Positions 1 through 12,450 of a DNA stretch of 64,000 bases are shown here, piece after piece (position 1 is the stretch's first letter; every line of letters starts with the position of its first letter). The notes under the pieces were generated by a model. The model did no database searches and was not told the origin of the DNA. It saw nothing but the letters and a program-made list of their open reading frames with translations. The position numbers and the translations under genes were made by a program. This DNA comes from Eledone cirrhosa (lineage: Eukaryota). The stretch lies in assembly GCA_964016885.1 (NCBI GenBank), contig OZ024764.1:15128001-15192000 (forward strand), read 5' to 3'.

Positions 1-31
1 ATAAAAATGAGAAAACTGATCGCTAGAACAG
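1..31 (-). CDS. CLCN7: Probable next CLC exon, partial at window edge ((S)VLAISFLIF...)
   Basis: TTTTAATAG| at 33-32 gives a phase-1 join with the 1695 exon. The hydrophobic LAISFLIF resembles CLC-6 LALSLLEL. A branch-like CATTTAAC lies ~12 nt upstream of the AG. Only 31 bp are visible. Confidence 0.45.
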
Positions 32-84
32 CTATTAAAACAGTTAAATGCTGTCAAAGACAGGGGTGGGCAAAAATGCCTCAG

Positions 85-575
85 ACCAGCGGCCAGTGGT
101 CAACAGAGGGACAATCCACAAGGTGGGTGACAGGCAGATGATATATAATGTCTCAGAGGACAGAGACCAGCGGTCAGTGGTCAACAGAGAGACAATCCAC
201 AAGGTGGGTGACAGGCAGATGATATATAATGTCTCAGAGGACAGAGACCAGCGGCCAGTGGTCAACAGAGAGACAATCCACAAGGTGGGTGACAGGCAGA
301 TGATATATAATGTCTCAGAGGACAGAGACCAGCGGTCAGTGGTCAACAGAGGGACAGTCCACAAGGTGGGTGACAGGCAGATGATATATAATGTCTCAGA
401 GGACAGAGACCAGCGGCCAGTGGTCAACAGAGGGACAGTCCACAATGTGGGTGACAGGCAGATGATATATAATGTCTCAGAGGACAGAGACCAGAGAGTC
501 AATCCACAAGGTGGGTGACAGGAAGATGAAATATAATGTCTCAAAGACCAGTGGCCAACAGAGAGACAATCCACA
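85..575. repeat. 81-bp minisatellite, ~6 copies, preceded by a hAT-like end CAGGGGTGGGCAAA at 61
   Basis: 27-aa periodicity in both ORFs. Confidence 0.9.
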
Positions 576-1145
576 AGGTGAGAAGGAAAAGGATACAGTG
601 TAACAATAATGATGAATATATATATGTATATATATCATATTTCCCCGCGCCGAAGACGCTTCATTCTCTTCTCGAAGATGCACCCTGACTTTGACAACCA
701 AAAATTTGAAATAAAAATGATAAACAACCTTCAGTCTCCATGACTCATGGTATGTTTTTTAGACTTATCTTAGGAAAAAGGTAGCGTCTTCGATGTCGGG
801 AAATACGGTATATATATACATATATATATCTAATCTAATCTGGCTGAGTTTACACTCGCAAATAAGAAGAACCAGGGCTGCCCCTAAGAGCATTGGATTT
901 GGTGTACTTCATATGTGTTTGGGTTGCTGAATACAATCAGGGGTCACTGCTTCTCCTGAAGGTCAATAGTTCTCTTCTAACTCAAGCGGGAGCACCTTTC
1001 CATTGTCAATTTACATTGATCACCTGTAAAGCTACATTGTTCTCAGAACCACTACACCTGTCTTTAGATGTGGGCAGCTGGAACTACTGCCACCCTTTGA
1101 TTTGGCAGGATTTTCTTTTTCCATACATATATGAAAAGGGTCAGG

Positions 1146-1240
1146 ACCCCGACGGCTGAGCTCCTGCCATTTCAATAGCTAGATCCCAACTAAAGCACCA
1201 GTATTTGATGGCGGGAATCTAGCTGAACTTATCAAGGGGT
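1146..1240 (-). ncRNA. Type I hammerhead ribozyme motif, U3-A8 core variant (family A)
   Basis: Stem I ACCCC/GGGGT; core TTGATAA; long stem II AGCTAGAT..CCC/GGG..ATCTAGCT; GAA; stem III ATGGC/GCCGT; GUC cleavage triplet. Confidence 0.7.
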
Positions 1241-1685
1241 ACAGTCCATATATGGGCAGACAGTCTAAGCAAAAAAATCTTAAAACTTCTCTCATTTTTT
1301 TGTTTTTCTCCGAGAGTGGTCAATAATCCGGGGTGGGGGGTTACGCTTGTTCAAATGGCTAGTTTAGTCCTGCTAAATGTATTGTATTCATCATCATCAT
1401 CATCATCTTCGTTTAACGTCCATTTTCCACGCTAGCATGGGTTATTACACTCCTATATATATATATGGCGAGCGAGAGAGACAGAAAAGGCTACAGTGCG
1501 ATGATGATGATACATATATATATACACACATATATACATATCTCTCTCTATATATATATAGAGAGAGAGACAGACAGACAGAAAAGGCTATAGTGTGATG
1601 ATAATGATAGATATATATATATATATACACATATATACATCTCTCTCTCTATATATATATTTATAGAGAGAGAAAATGGGGCAGA

Positions 1686-1694
1686 AAAGGATAC
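1686..1694 (-). promoter_or_regulatory. U12-type (minor spliceosome) 5' splice site GTATCCTTT
   Basis: Exact RTATCCTTT consensus immediately after the 1695-1830 exon. Confidence 0.85.
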
Positions 1695-1830
1695 AATGTT
1701 TAATCAACTTAAACTTATAATATGCTCCATATTCTACAGCCAGTTGAATTAACAGAGCCACCAATCCTGTAGCTATACCAGTCATTAACATGACAAAATA
1801 ACGACTTAGCCAGGTTTTACGAACTTCTTT
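1695..1830 (-). CDS. CLCN7: CLC-6/7-type transporter exon with first transmembrane helix (KEVRKTWLSRYFVMLMTGIATGLVALLIQLAVEYGAYYKFKLIKH)
   Basis: TCTTTTACAG| acceptor, 136 bp (phase 0 to 1). Resembles CLC-7 [24 protein letters not shown]. Donor is GTATCCTTT. Confidence 0.92.
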
Positions 1831-1920
1831 CTGTAAAAGAAAAGGAAAAAAATAATCATTTCTAGTTTTATATAAACATTTACAGGTCTTACAGAGAGAT
1901 GTATAGAAATTATGGTAAAA

Positions 1921-3112
1921 GAAAGGAGTTGATCATCAGATCAGACCAAGGAAACAATGTCTCCATTGGTCTTTCCATTACTGATACTATCTGTCAGTCA
2001 CAACTCCTGGCAGAAGAAAGGAGCTGATCATCAGATCAGACCAAGGAAACAATGTCTCCATTGGTCTTTCCATTACTGATACTATCTGTCAGTCACAACT
2101 CCTGGCAGAAGAAAGGAGCTGATCATCAGATCAGACCAAGGAAACAATGTCTCCATTGGTCTTTCCATTACTGATACTATCTGTCAGTCACAACTCCTGG
2201 CAGAAGAAAGGAGTTGATCATCAGATCAGACCCAGGAAACAATGTCTCCATTGGTCTTTCCATTACTGATACTATCTGTCTGTCACAACTCCTGGCAGAA
2301 GAAAGGAGCTGATCATCAGATCAGACCAAGGAAACAATGTCTCCATTGGTCTTTCCATTACTGATACTATCTGTCTGTCACAACTCCTGGCAGAAGAAAG
2401 GAGTTGATCATCAGATCAGACCAAGGAAACAATGTCTCCATTGGTCTTTCCATTACTGATACTATCTGTCAGTCACAACTCCTGGCAGAAGAAAGGAGCT
2501 GATCATCAGATCAGACCAAGGAAACAATGTCTCCATTGGTCTTTCCATTACTGATACTATCTGTCAGTCACAACTCCTGGCAGAAGAAAGGAGCTGATCA
2601 TCAGATCAGACCAAGGAAACAATGTCTCCATTGGTCTTTCCATTACTGATACTATCTGTCTGTCACAACTCCTGGCAGAAGAAAGGAGTTGATCATCAGA
2701 TCAGACCAAGGAAACAATGTCTCCATTGGTCTTTCCATTACTGATACTATCTGTCAGTCACAACTCCTGGCAGAAGAAAGGAGCTGATCATCAGATCAGA
2801 CCAAGGAAACAATGTCTCCATTGGTCTTTCCATTACTGATACTATCTGTCTGTCACAACTCCTGGCAGAAGAAAGGAGTTGATCATCAGATCAGACCCAG
2901 GAAACAATGTTTCCATTGGTCTTTCCATTACTGATACTATCTGTCAGTCACAACTCCTGGCAGAAGAAAGGAGCTGATCATCAGATCAGACCAAGGAAAC
3001 AATGTCTCCATTGGTCTTTCCATTACTGATACTATCTGTCAGTCACAACTCCTGGCAGAAGAAAGGAGCTGATCATCAGATCAGACCAAGGAAACAATGT
3101 TTCTATTGGTCT
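1921..3112. repeat. 95-bp minisatellite, ~12.5 copies, derived from the SINE family 2 body
   Basis: GAAAGGAG recurs at 1921, 2016 ... 3061. Unit aligns to 16090-16180. Confidence 0.92.
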
Positions 3113-3196
3113 GATATATATGTGATGTATATAACAGTGCTGGTGTCATGATAAAATACACCCAGTACACTCTGTAAATAACAACAGCAATCTTAC

Positions 3197-3259
3197 CTTC
3201 GATTTAGCTTCACTTTCTGCCATGGAAATTTCATTTTCCCACGTGTCATAATTTAATGC
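3197..3259 (-). CDS. CLCN7: CLC-6/7-type transporter exon (ALNYDTWENEISMAESEAKSK)
   Basis: CTTCCAG| acceptor, 63 bp, AAG|GTAAGA donor. ALNYDTWEN matches the SLDYDxxEN motif of CLC-6/7. Confidence 0.9.
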
Positions 3260-3300
3260 CTGGAAGTAGGAATTAGAGAAAGAATTTATATATATTATAC

Positions 3301-3701
3301 CATCATCATCATCATCATTTTACGTCTGCTTTTCCCTGCTTGCAAGGGTGAGACGGGTCCTATTCAGTACAGCATCTCTCCACTTGTCACAGTCCTTCGT
3401 CATCTCCTCAGTGAGCTTCAGCTATTTGAGGTCTGCTCTCACCACCTCCGCCCATGTTTTTCGTGGTCTTCCTCTACTACGTCTTCCTTCTACTGGCATT
3501 TCTTGGCACTTCTTTACCCAGTGGTCATCCTCCATGTACATCACATGTCGATACCATCGCAGTCTTCTCTCCCACACACCACAACTTATCCCTCTTATAC
3601 ACATTTTCTCTCTCAACACATCACATGTCGATACCATCGCAGTCTTCTCTCCCACACACCACAACTTATCCCTCATATACACAGTTTCTCTCTCAACTCA
3701 T
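3301..3701 (-). mobile_element. RTE LINE 3' end with (GAT)n tail and an 80-bp internal duplication
   Basis: Translates to RRLRWYRHV..GRRSRGRPRKTWAEVVRADL; ends in GACGTAAAATGATGATG. Confidence 0.85.
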
Positions 3702-4049
3702 TTAAGGTAATCCAAGTAGAGGTTATGAGTACCCAGTATTGAGGATAGGTTTTAACGTTCGACAGTAATTAAAATCAAGTGACCTAGCTTCTAACGATCA
3801 GCAATTTTTAGACACGCTGGACTAATGAAACAATTGTTTATACTTTAAATAAACCTTATTGTACAGGTGACCACGTTATTCTTCACTCACATATATATAT
3901 ATATATATATACATACAGGCCAGAAACAGCCGTTGAAACGGCTCGAGCTCTGCCGTCGGGGTCTTGAACATTTTCATATATATATATAGTAATAATAAAT
4001 GTGAAGACTAAAAGCTGAAGAGGGCTCGATAAGGATTATATATATATAG

Positions 4050-6097
4050 TGTACCCATTGTTTGCATTTGGGGCAGAGAATGGAGTTCCTACCTACACCT
4101 TTCCTACATACTGAGCAAGGCCATTTCCCTGAGGGGATCTGGGTTCTGTTTTCTCGTCTACTTACAAGGACCTTAGTCTTTGTCATGTTGACTTTGAGAC
4201 CCTTTCTTTCTAGTCCCTGCTTCCAGGTTTTGAATTTATTCTCTAGTTCTACCATAGATTCAGCTATGAGTGCGAGGTCATCAGCATACAGGAGTTCCCA
4301 TGGGCATCCGGTCTTAAACTCCTCCGTTATTGCCTGCAGGACTATGATGAACAGGGGAGGGCTAAGAACAGAGCCCTGGTGGACCCCAACCTGTACGCTA
4401 AATTCCTCGCTATACTCATTGCTAATCCTAACTTTGCTGACTGCTCCCCTATACATGGCTTGTACCGCTTTCACAAGCCATTCATCTACTCCTAGTTTTC
4501 TAAGAGCCCACCAGATTACAGCACGTGGAACTCTGTCAAAGGCTTTCTCAAGGTCGACAAATGCCAAGTAGAGTGGCTTACTTTTAGCTAGGTACTTTTC
4601 CTGTAATTGCCTCACAAGGAAGAGGGCATCAGTGGTGCCTCTTCCTGGTACAAACTCAAATTGCATCTCGTCTATTTTCACCCGGTCCCTAATCAGCTGT
4701 GCTATAAATCTTTTTGTTACTTTCATGACCTGGTCCATCAACTTTATACCTCTATAGTTTCCTCTATCTAGTGCATCGCCTTTACCTTTGTAGCAGTTGA
4801 CAATGATGCTACTGCACCAATCTTTTGGTATAGCCCCTTCTAGTATTACCTGGTTAACGATACGTGTGGTTATAGTGTGACCTACAGACCCAGATGCCTT
4901 CAGCATCTCAGCAGCTATACCCGATGGGCCGGTTGCCTTCCCCATCTTCATATCTTTGATTGCCTTACTTACTACGCTGCCGCTGACTTGTACTGCTGGT
5001 CCCTCTATAGGGTCTACTTGGGGTAGGGTCTCTTCTTCCCATGCATTCTCCTCATTTAGTAATCTATCATGATGACTCTTCCATGCATCTTTCTTCTCAG
5101 CACTTGTGAGGGCAAGCTCACCTTTATCATTCCGGATACACTTCTCTCCAATGACATCACAACTATCTCTGACACACTGCTTCGCAATCTTGAATACCTC
5201 CTGTTTCTGGTCCTCACGTTGTAAAACATGCTTGAATTTTCTATCCTCTGCTTCCCTCCTAGCTAAGTATACTTGTCGCCTAGCTTCCCTCTTGGTCTCT
5301 GTGTAATGTACCCTGCTCCCCCATTCTTCCATTCTTTCCATGCCTGTCTCTTGGCCTTAACTGCTTCATCTACCTTATTGTTCCACCACCAAGTCACTCT
5401 CCTCCTGCTTGAGGTCTTACTCCAGCCACAGACCTCATCCGTCGCCTCTAGTAAATTATTTTTTAGGAACTCCCAGTTCTCTTCTACATTAAATGTCTCT
5501 ATCTGTTCTTCTTTACTGTAGTAGGCGTTGAGTAAAATATCTTTAAATCTGTTACTGGTTGAGGTGACTTTCAGCTTCCAGATCTTTCTTCTCCAGGTTG
5601 GCCTCTGTTTCCGGGTTCGTCTAGTTCTGACTGTGAGGTCGCTGACAACTAAGTTATGTTGGGATGTACATTCCTCACTAGGGAAGGCTTTTGTGTTTAC
5701 GACCGTCCATCTGTCACGTCCTCTGATGAGGATAAAATCTAACTGACTAGAGTGCTCCCCTGATCTATAGGTGATCAGGTGGTTGTCGGGTTTTTTAAAG
5801 TTTGTGTTACATATCGACATGTCACTGGCGTCGCAGAATTCTAGAAGTCTGAATCCTTCCTCATTCCTTGTGCCAACCCCATGGCCTCCATGTACTCTAT
5901 TGAAGCCATTGCAGTGTTTACCTACGTGTCCGTTAAAATCTCCTGTGATGATTAGGAAGTCCTTGTCGTCTGTTAGAGCAGTAGTGTGTATTAGGGACTC
6001 GTAAAACCTATCCTTAAGTTCGTCTGGCAGCCCCGATTGGGGTGCGTAAGCTGATATTATTGTGGTAATTGTTTTATTCAGGACTAGTCTGAGTTTA
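4050..6097 (-). mobile_element. RTE-clade LINE fragment: APE endonuclease C-terminal half, reverse transcriptase and start of a Cys-rich finger; frameshifted and truncated at both ends
   Basis: GDFNGHVG-like and SQLDFIL..SQHNLV endonuclease motifs; NYRGIKL, FVDLEKAFDRV, GVHQGSVLSP, LLYADD RT motifs; CSVC..CPKC..WVH; frameshift near 5300. Confidence 0.92.
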
Positions 6098-8718
6098 AAT
6101 TAGTAGAAAACAAAAAAATTTCTACAAATTTCCTACTTGACAACCCAATATCATTTATGAATTTTGTACGAAAGTTAAGTATGAAATTTGTAGAAATTAA
6201 AAAAAAAAAAAAAATTTCTACAAATTTCCTACTTGACAACCCAATATCATTTATGAATTTTGTACGAAAGTTAAGTATGAAACTTGTAGAAATTAAAAAA
6301 AAAAAAAAAAATTTCTACAAATTTCCTACTTGACAACCCAATATCATTTATGAATTTTGTACGAAAGTTAAGTATGAAATTTGTAGAAATTAAAAAAAAA
6401 AAAAAAATTTCTACAAATTTCCTACTTGACAACCCAATATCATTTATGAATTTTGTATGAAAGTTAAGTATGAAATTTGTAGAAATTAGTAGAAAAACAA
6501 CAAATTTCTACAAATTTCCTACTTGACAACCCAATATCTTTTATGAATTTTGTATGAAAGTTAAGTATGAAATTTGTAGAAATTAAAAAAAAAAAAAAAA
6601 ATTTCTACAAATTTCCTACTTGACAACCCAATATCATTTATGAATTTTGTATGAAAGTTAAGTATGAAATTTGTAGAAATTAGTAGAAAAACAACAAATT
6701 TCTACAAATTTCCTACTTGACAACCCAATATCTTTTATGAATTTTGTATGAAAGTTAAGTATGAAATTTGTAGAAATTAGTAGAAAAACAACAAATTTCT
6801 ACAAATTTCCTACTTGACAACCCAATATCTTTTATGAATTTTGTATGAAAGTTAAGTATGAAATTTGTAGAAATTAAAAAAAAAAAAAAAAATTTCTACA
6901 AATTTCCTACTTGACAACCCAATATCATTTATGAATTTTGTATGAAAGTTAAGTATGAAATTTGTAGAAATTAGTAGAAAAACAACAAATTTCTACAAAT
7001 TTCCTACTTGACAACCCAATATCTTTTATGAATTTTGTATGAAAGTTAAGTATGAAATTTGTAGAAATTAAAAAAAAAAAAAAAAATTTCTACAAATTTC
7101 CTACTTGACAACCCAATATCATTTATGAATTTTGTATGAAAGTTAAGTATGAAATTTGTAGAAATTAAAAAAAAAAAAAAAAATTTCTACAAATTTCCTA
7201 CTTGACAACCCAATATCATTTATGAATTTTGTATGAAAGTTAAGTATGAAATTTGTAGAAATTAGTAGAAAAACAACAAATTTCTACAAATTTCCTACTT
7301 GACAACCCAATATCTTTTATGAATTTTGTATGAAAGTTAAGTATGAAATTTGTAGAAATTAAAAAAAAAAAAAAAAATTTCTACAAATTTCCTACTTGAC
7401 AACCCAATATCATTTATGAATTTTGTATGAAAGTTAAGTATGAAATTTGTAGAAATTAGTAGAAAAACAACAAATTTCTACAAATTTCCTACTTGACAAC
7501 CCAATATCTTTTATGAATTTTGTATGAAAGTTAAGTATGAAATTTGTAGAAATTAAAAAAAAAAAAAAAAATTTCTACAAATTTCCTACTTGACAACCCA
7601 ATATCATTTATGAATTTTGTATGAAAGTTAAGTATGAAATTTGTAGAAATTAAAAAAAAAAAAAAAAATTTCTACAAATTTCCTACTTGACAACCCAATA
7701 TCATTTATGAATTTTGTATGAAAGTTAAGTATGAAATTTGTAGAAATTAGTAGAAAAACAACAAATTTCTACAAATTTCCTACTTGACAACCCAATATCT
7801 TTTATGAATTTTGTATGAAAGTTAAGTATGAAATTTGTAGAAATTAAAAAAAAAAAAAAAAATTTCTACAAATTTCCTACTTGACAACCCAATATCATTT
7901 ATGAATTTTGTATGAAAGTTAAGTATGAAATTTGTAGAAATTAGTAGAAAAACAACAAATTTCTACAAATTTCCTACTTGACAACCCAATATCTTTTATG
8001 AATTTTGTATGAAAGTTAAGTATGAAATTTGTAGAAATTAAAAAAAAAAAAAAAAATTTCTACAAATTTCCTACTTGACAACCCAATATCATTTATGAAT
8101 TTTGTATGAAAGTTAAGTATGAAATTTGTAGAAATTAAAAAAAAAAAAAAAAATTTCTACAAATTTCCTACTTGACAACCCAATATCATTTATGAATTTT
8201 GTATGAAAGTTAAGTATGAAATTTGTAGAAATTAGTAGAAAAACAACAAATTTCTACAAATTTCCTACTTGACAACCCAATATCTTTTATGAATTTTGTA
8301 TGAAAGTTAAGTATGAAATTTGTAGAAATTAAAAAAAAAAAAAAAAATTTCTACAAATTTCCTACTTGACAACCCAATATCATTTATGAATTTTGTATGA
8401 AAGTTAAGTATGAAATTTGTAGAAATTAGTAGAAAAACAACAAATTTCTACAAATTTCCTACTTGACAACCCAATATCTTTTATGAATTTTGTATGAAAG
8501 TTAAGTATGAAATTTGTAGAAATTAAAAAAAAAAAAAAAAATTTCTACAAATTTCCTACTTGACAACCCAATATCATTTATGAATTTTGTATGAAAGTTA
8601 AGTATGAAATTTGTAGAAATTAGTAGAAAAACAACAAATTTCTACAAATTTCCTACTTGACAACCCAATATCATTTATGAATTTTGTATGAAAGTTAAGT
8701 ATGAAATTTGTAGAAATT
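6098..8718. repeat. ~97-bp AT-rich satellite, ~27 copies, two variants, internal inverted repeat
   Basis: AAATTTGTAGAAATT/AATTTCTACAAATTT around either A17-18 or AGTAGAAAAACAAC. Confidence 0.92.
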
Positions 8719-9631
8719 CATCATCATCATCATCACCGTTTTGCGTCCGTTCTTCCACGCTAGCATGGGTTAGACGGGTTGTCCTGTTGTGGGCAGTGTC
8801 TGGTCGGCTCACCATGCCTTGCTCATACAGGAACTGATTTGGCTTGATTTCTACAGCTGGATGCCCTTCCTAACACCAACTTCATTTGCAGTGAGTGCTG
8901 GGTGCTTTTTCGTGGCGCCTACACGTCCACTTTACAGTGTGGGCTGGGTGCTTTTTTGCCGTGGCACCTCCACGACCACCTTGCAGTGGGAGGGTGTGGG
9001 GGCATATTGTCTATATGCTTCAGCTTGTACCCATGGGAGGTCGGGTAATAAACCTTTCATTTATAATTAACTCCGTATTCGCACCACCAACTACACAAAC
9101 GAAGACGGGTGAACTGCACTGCGTTGAGTACTCCCCACAATATTACATCAAGATTGACCATACGGAATGACCAATTCTATCCAGTGGTGAACCAACAAAC
9201 CTAAAGAAATATATACATATATATATGGCGCTACACAGTAATTCAGAAGACCCGCCTTGCCTAAGTACAAAGCGAAACTTACAGTCAGTAGGCACCTCAA
9301 ACAAAAATACACCCCGGCCCCACTACCCCCACCCCATCCACACCACCCCCTTAAATGTGAAGTTATGTTGGTACCACAACATCCAGTCCGAAACAAATGA
9401 GATCGTGTAGGTGTCACGACAAAAAAACACACAGTCCACGCTGTAATGTGGCCGTGTAGGCAACACGGTAAAAACCTCCGAGTTCACACTGTAGATGTGG
9501 TTGGTGTTGGGAGGGGCATCCAGCCGTAGAAAACCCGCCAGACAGTCCTATATGAGCAAGACAACCACTCTTGCCTCAAGTGGGAAAACTCCCGTCCAAA
9601 CCCATGCAAGCGTGGAAGATGGACGTTAAAC

Positions 9632-9664
<33 letters not shown>

Positions 9665-10073
9665 AAAATATTTATTATATTTACAGATTAAACCTTAAGT
9701 CAAGAATTGCTGCTTTCACTCCTAGAAGATCTCGTAAAAGGGTGAAAGCAGCGATTAAACTTTAATCTGAACATATAATAAATATATATATATCGGTGTA
9801 TATATATAATGTAGGTGATTCAGTGAATTACTGGTGTTGCTACCAAAATAAGCACCCTATACACAGGCAGAGTGTATATATTTATAAGAACAGTGCAGTT
9901 TTGTTTACATGTCTTCTATATTTTTTGTCACATCACCAGTCTGAAGAACAGATTATAATAGAGTCAGGCCCATAACTTGTATGGGTGACCCTGAGCCATT
10001 TGTCTGTGAAACACATGTAACAGATTGATATACAATAAAAAGAGAGATAGAGGGAGATATTTAAAGCCCTTAC

Positions 10074-10151
10074 CTCCCACTTTGAAACAATCCGTTTCCG
10101 ATAATTTAGGGTGTTTGGAATACTGTATTCCTTGATTCTGTTACCAACTTC
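10074..10151 (-). CDS. CLCN7: CLC-6/7-type transporter exon (EVGNRIKEYSIPNTLNYRKRIVSKWE)
   Basis: Pyrimidine tract with CTTTCGCAG| acceptor, 78 bp, GAG|GTAAGG donor. Ends in KWE, equivalent to the KYE that precedes SLDYD in CLC-7. Confidence 0.85.
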
Positions 10152-10607
10152 CTGCGAAAGAGAATAAAGAAGAGAGAAGGCTTAGTATAGGTGGTGGTGG
10201 TGGTGTGGGTGATGGTGGAAAATTTACAACTTAAAAACTATGAGTTTTTCAAGAGTTATTTCCCTTGGACTTTTAAACTACATTACAGATTCTGTTATAT
10301 CTGTCTCTGTCTGTGTGTGGGTATTTCGGTCTGTGTGTGTGTGTGTATGTGTATGACAGTCACTGTCAGTATGTGTGTGCATCTTCATCTGTCTATGTTT
10401 GCATATGTGTGTCTTTGTTTATCAGTATGTGTTTGTGTTTGTCTCTGTGTGTCAGGGTTTGGATATTTGCCCAAATCTCAGACATATTCGGCTTATATTC
10501 AGATCAGCTTATACATTCGACTATATACAGAACTTTCAATTCTGTTAGATTTCAGATCGATTGAGAAGATCCCAGACGTCAATTGCTTACTGAGTGGGGT
10601 GGGACTT

Positions 10608-11410
10608 GTCAGATCAGACCATGGAAACAATGTTTCCATTACTGATACTATCTGTCAGTCACAACTCCTGGCAGAAGAAAGGAGCTGATCATCAGATCAG
10701 ACCAAGGAAACAATGTCTCCATTGGTCTTGCCATTACTGATACTATCTGTCAGTCACAACTCCTGGCAGAAGAAAGGAGCGGATCATCAGATCAGACCAA
10801 GGAAACAATGTCTCCATTGGTCTTTCCATTACTGATACTATCTGTCAGTCACAACTCCTGGCAGAAGAAAGGAGCGGATCATCAGATCAGACCAAGGAAA
10901 CAATGTCTCCATTGGTCTTTCCATTACTGATACTATCTGTCTGTCACAACTCCTGGCAGAAGAAAGGAGCTGATCATCAGATCAGACCAAGGAAACAATG
11001 TCTCCATTGGTCTTTCCATTACTGATACTATCTGTCTGTCACAACTCCTGGCAGAAGAAAGGAGCTGATCATCAGATCAGACCAAGGAAACAATGTTTCC
11101 ATTGGTCTTTCCATTACTGATACTATCTGTCAGTCACAACTCCTGGCAGAAGAAAGGAGCTGATCATCAGATCAGACCAAGGAAACAATGTCTCCATTGG
11201 TCTTTCCATTACTGATACTATCTGTCAGTCACAACTCCTGGCAGAAGAAAGGAGCTGATCATCAGATCAGACCAAGGAAACAATGTCTCCATTGGTCTTT
11301 CCATTACTGATACTATCTGTCAGTCACAACTCCTGGCAGAAGAAAGGAGCTGATCATCAGATCAGACCAAGGAAACAATGTCTCCATTAGTCTTTCCATT
11401 ACTGATACTA
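10608..11410. repeat. 95-bp minisatellite, ~8.5 copies, continuous with the rest of its parent SINE
   Basis: Same unit as 1921-3112; runs into SINE core/head at 11410-11556. Confidence 0.9.
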
Positions 11411-11591
11411 TATCTAACAGTCGCAACTCTTGGCATAAAGAGCAACGTGAAATAAAGTGTCTTGCTCAAGGATATACATAATACATCTCCCAGTCTGGGA
11501 ATCAAACTCGCAACCTCACGATTGCATATCTAATTCTCTAACCACTAAGCCACGCAACAAAATAAAATTTGCTTAGATTTGAACTCCTTAC

Positions 11592-11750
11592 CTTCAGTTT
11601 CGAAGACAACAGTTGTGTAATACTAGACTGGGTGAGTGTCTCTGTTGGTTCCACATCAACATCCAGGAGATCTAAGGAGCGGGGCCGAGGTTTGGGCCTG
11701 GTGCCAGCGTTTTCATTTAAAATATCAACTTTTACCGGGGTCACTGTAAA
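11592..11750 (-). CDS. CLCN7: CLC-6/7-type transporter, N-terminal cytoplasmic exon (FTVTPVKVDILNEN...TQLLSSKLK)
   Basis: TTTTCAG| acceptor, 159 bp open frame, AAG|GTAAGG donor, phase 0-0, in frame with the downstream CLC exons. Confidence 0.75.
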
Positions 11751-11982
11751 CTGAAAATTTAAAAAAAGAAAAATTCTTTGTAGTAAATGTATCTTTGCTT
11801 TGACCCCTAAACTCCTGTTGGAGTCTGAGGGGCACCACAGTGATAGCTAAGGAGTGTGTCTTGGGTATTTAAACTGGCCATATCCGGCCAGAATTCTCTC
11901 ACTTCTTTCTGTTCAAAACTGCTGTAACTGGCCACTCATGCTTATGTTCTCAAAATAAATAATATCAAAATCTCATAGATTC

Positions 11983-12336
11983 GATATTATGGGAGGTAAA
12001 GCCTTTACTGTGAAAATACAATAGTATATATAGAGTAATGTAAATGTTATGTGAGATATTATGTGAGGTAAAGCCTTTACTGTGACAATACAATAGTATA
12101 TATAGAGTAATGTAAATGTTATGTGAGATATTATGTGAGGTAAAGCCTTTACTGTGACAATACAATAGTATATATAGAGTAATGTAAATGCTATGTGAGA
12201 TATTATGTGAGGTAAAGCCTTTACTGTGACAATACAATAGTATATATAGAGTAATGTAAATGCTATGTGAGATATTATGTGAGGTAAAGCCTTTAGTGTG
12301 ACAATACAATAATATATATAGAGTAATGTAAATGCT
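11983..12336. repeat. 72-bp minisatellite inside a TTAA-ended MITE-like element; inverted sister array at 59928-60573
   Basis: 24-aa periodicity; ends AATGCTAAAGGGTTAA (piggyBac-like end). Confidence 0.85.
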
Positions 12337-12415
12337 AAAGGGTTAAACCCTGACAGAGCCCTTCACTCTATTTTTTATAGCATCTCTGCGCTTATATTAA
12401 CTATATATGTATGTG

Positions 12416-12450
<35 letters not shown>

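Noticed and set aside
1921-3112. CRISPR-like regular repeats
   Set aside because: Units are identical end to end with no unique spacers; eukaryotic context and no cas genes.
9684-9770. Hammerhead-like imperfect inverted repeat (relative at 25315-25372)
   Set aside because: Core is damaged in both copies (CTAGAAGA, or CT missing) and stem III cannot be drawn confidently, so it is not counted.
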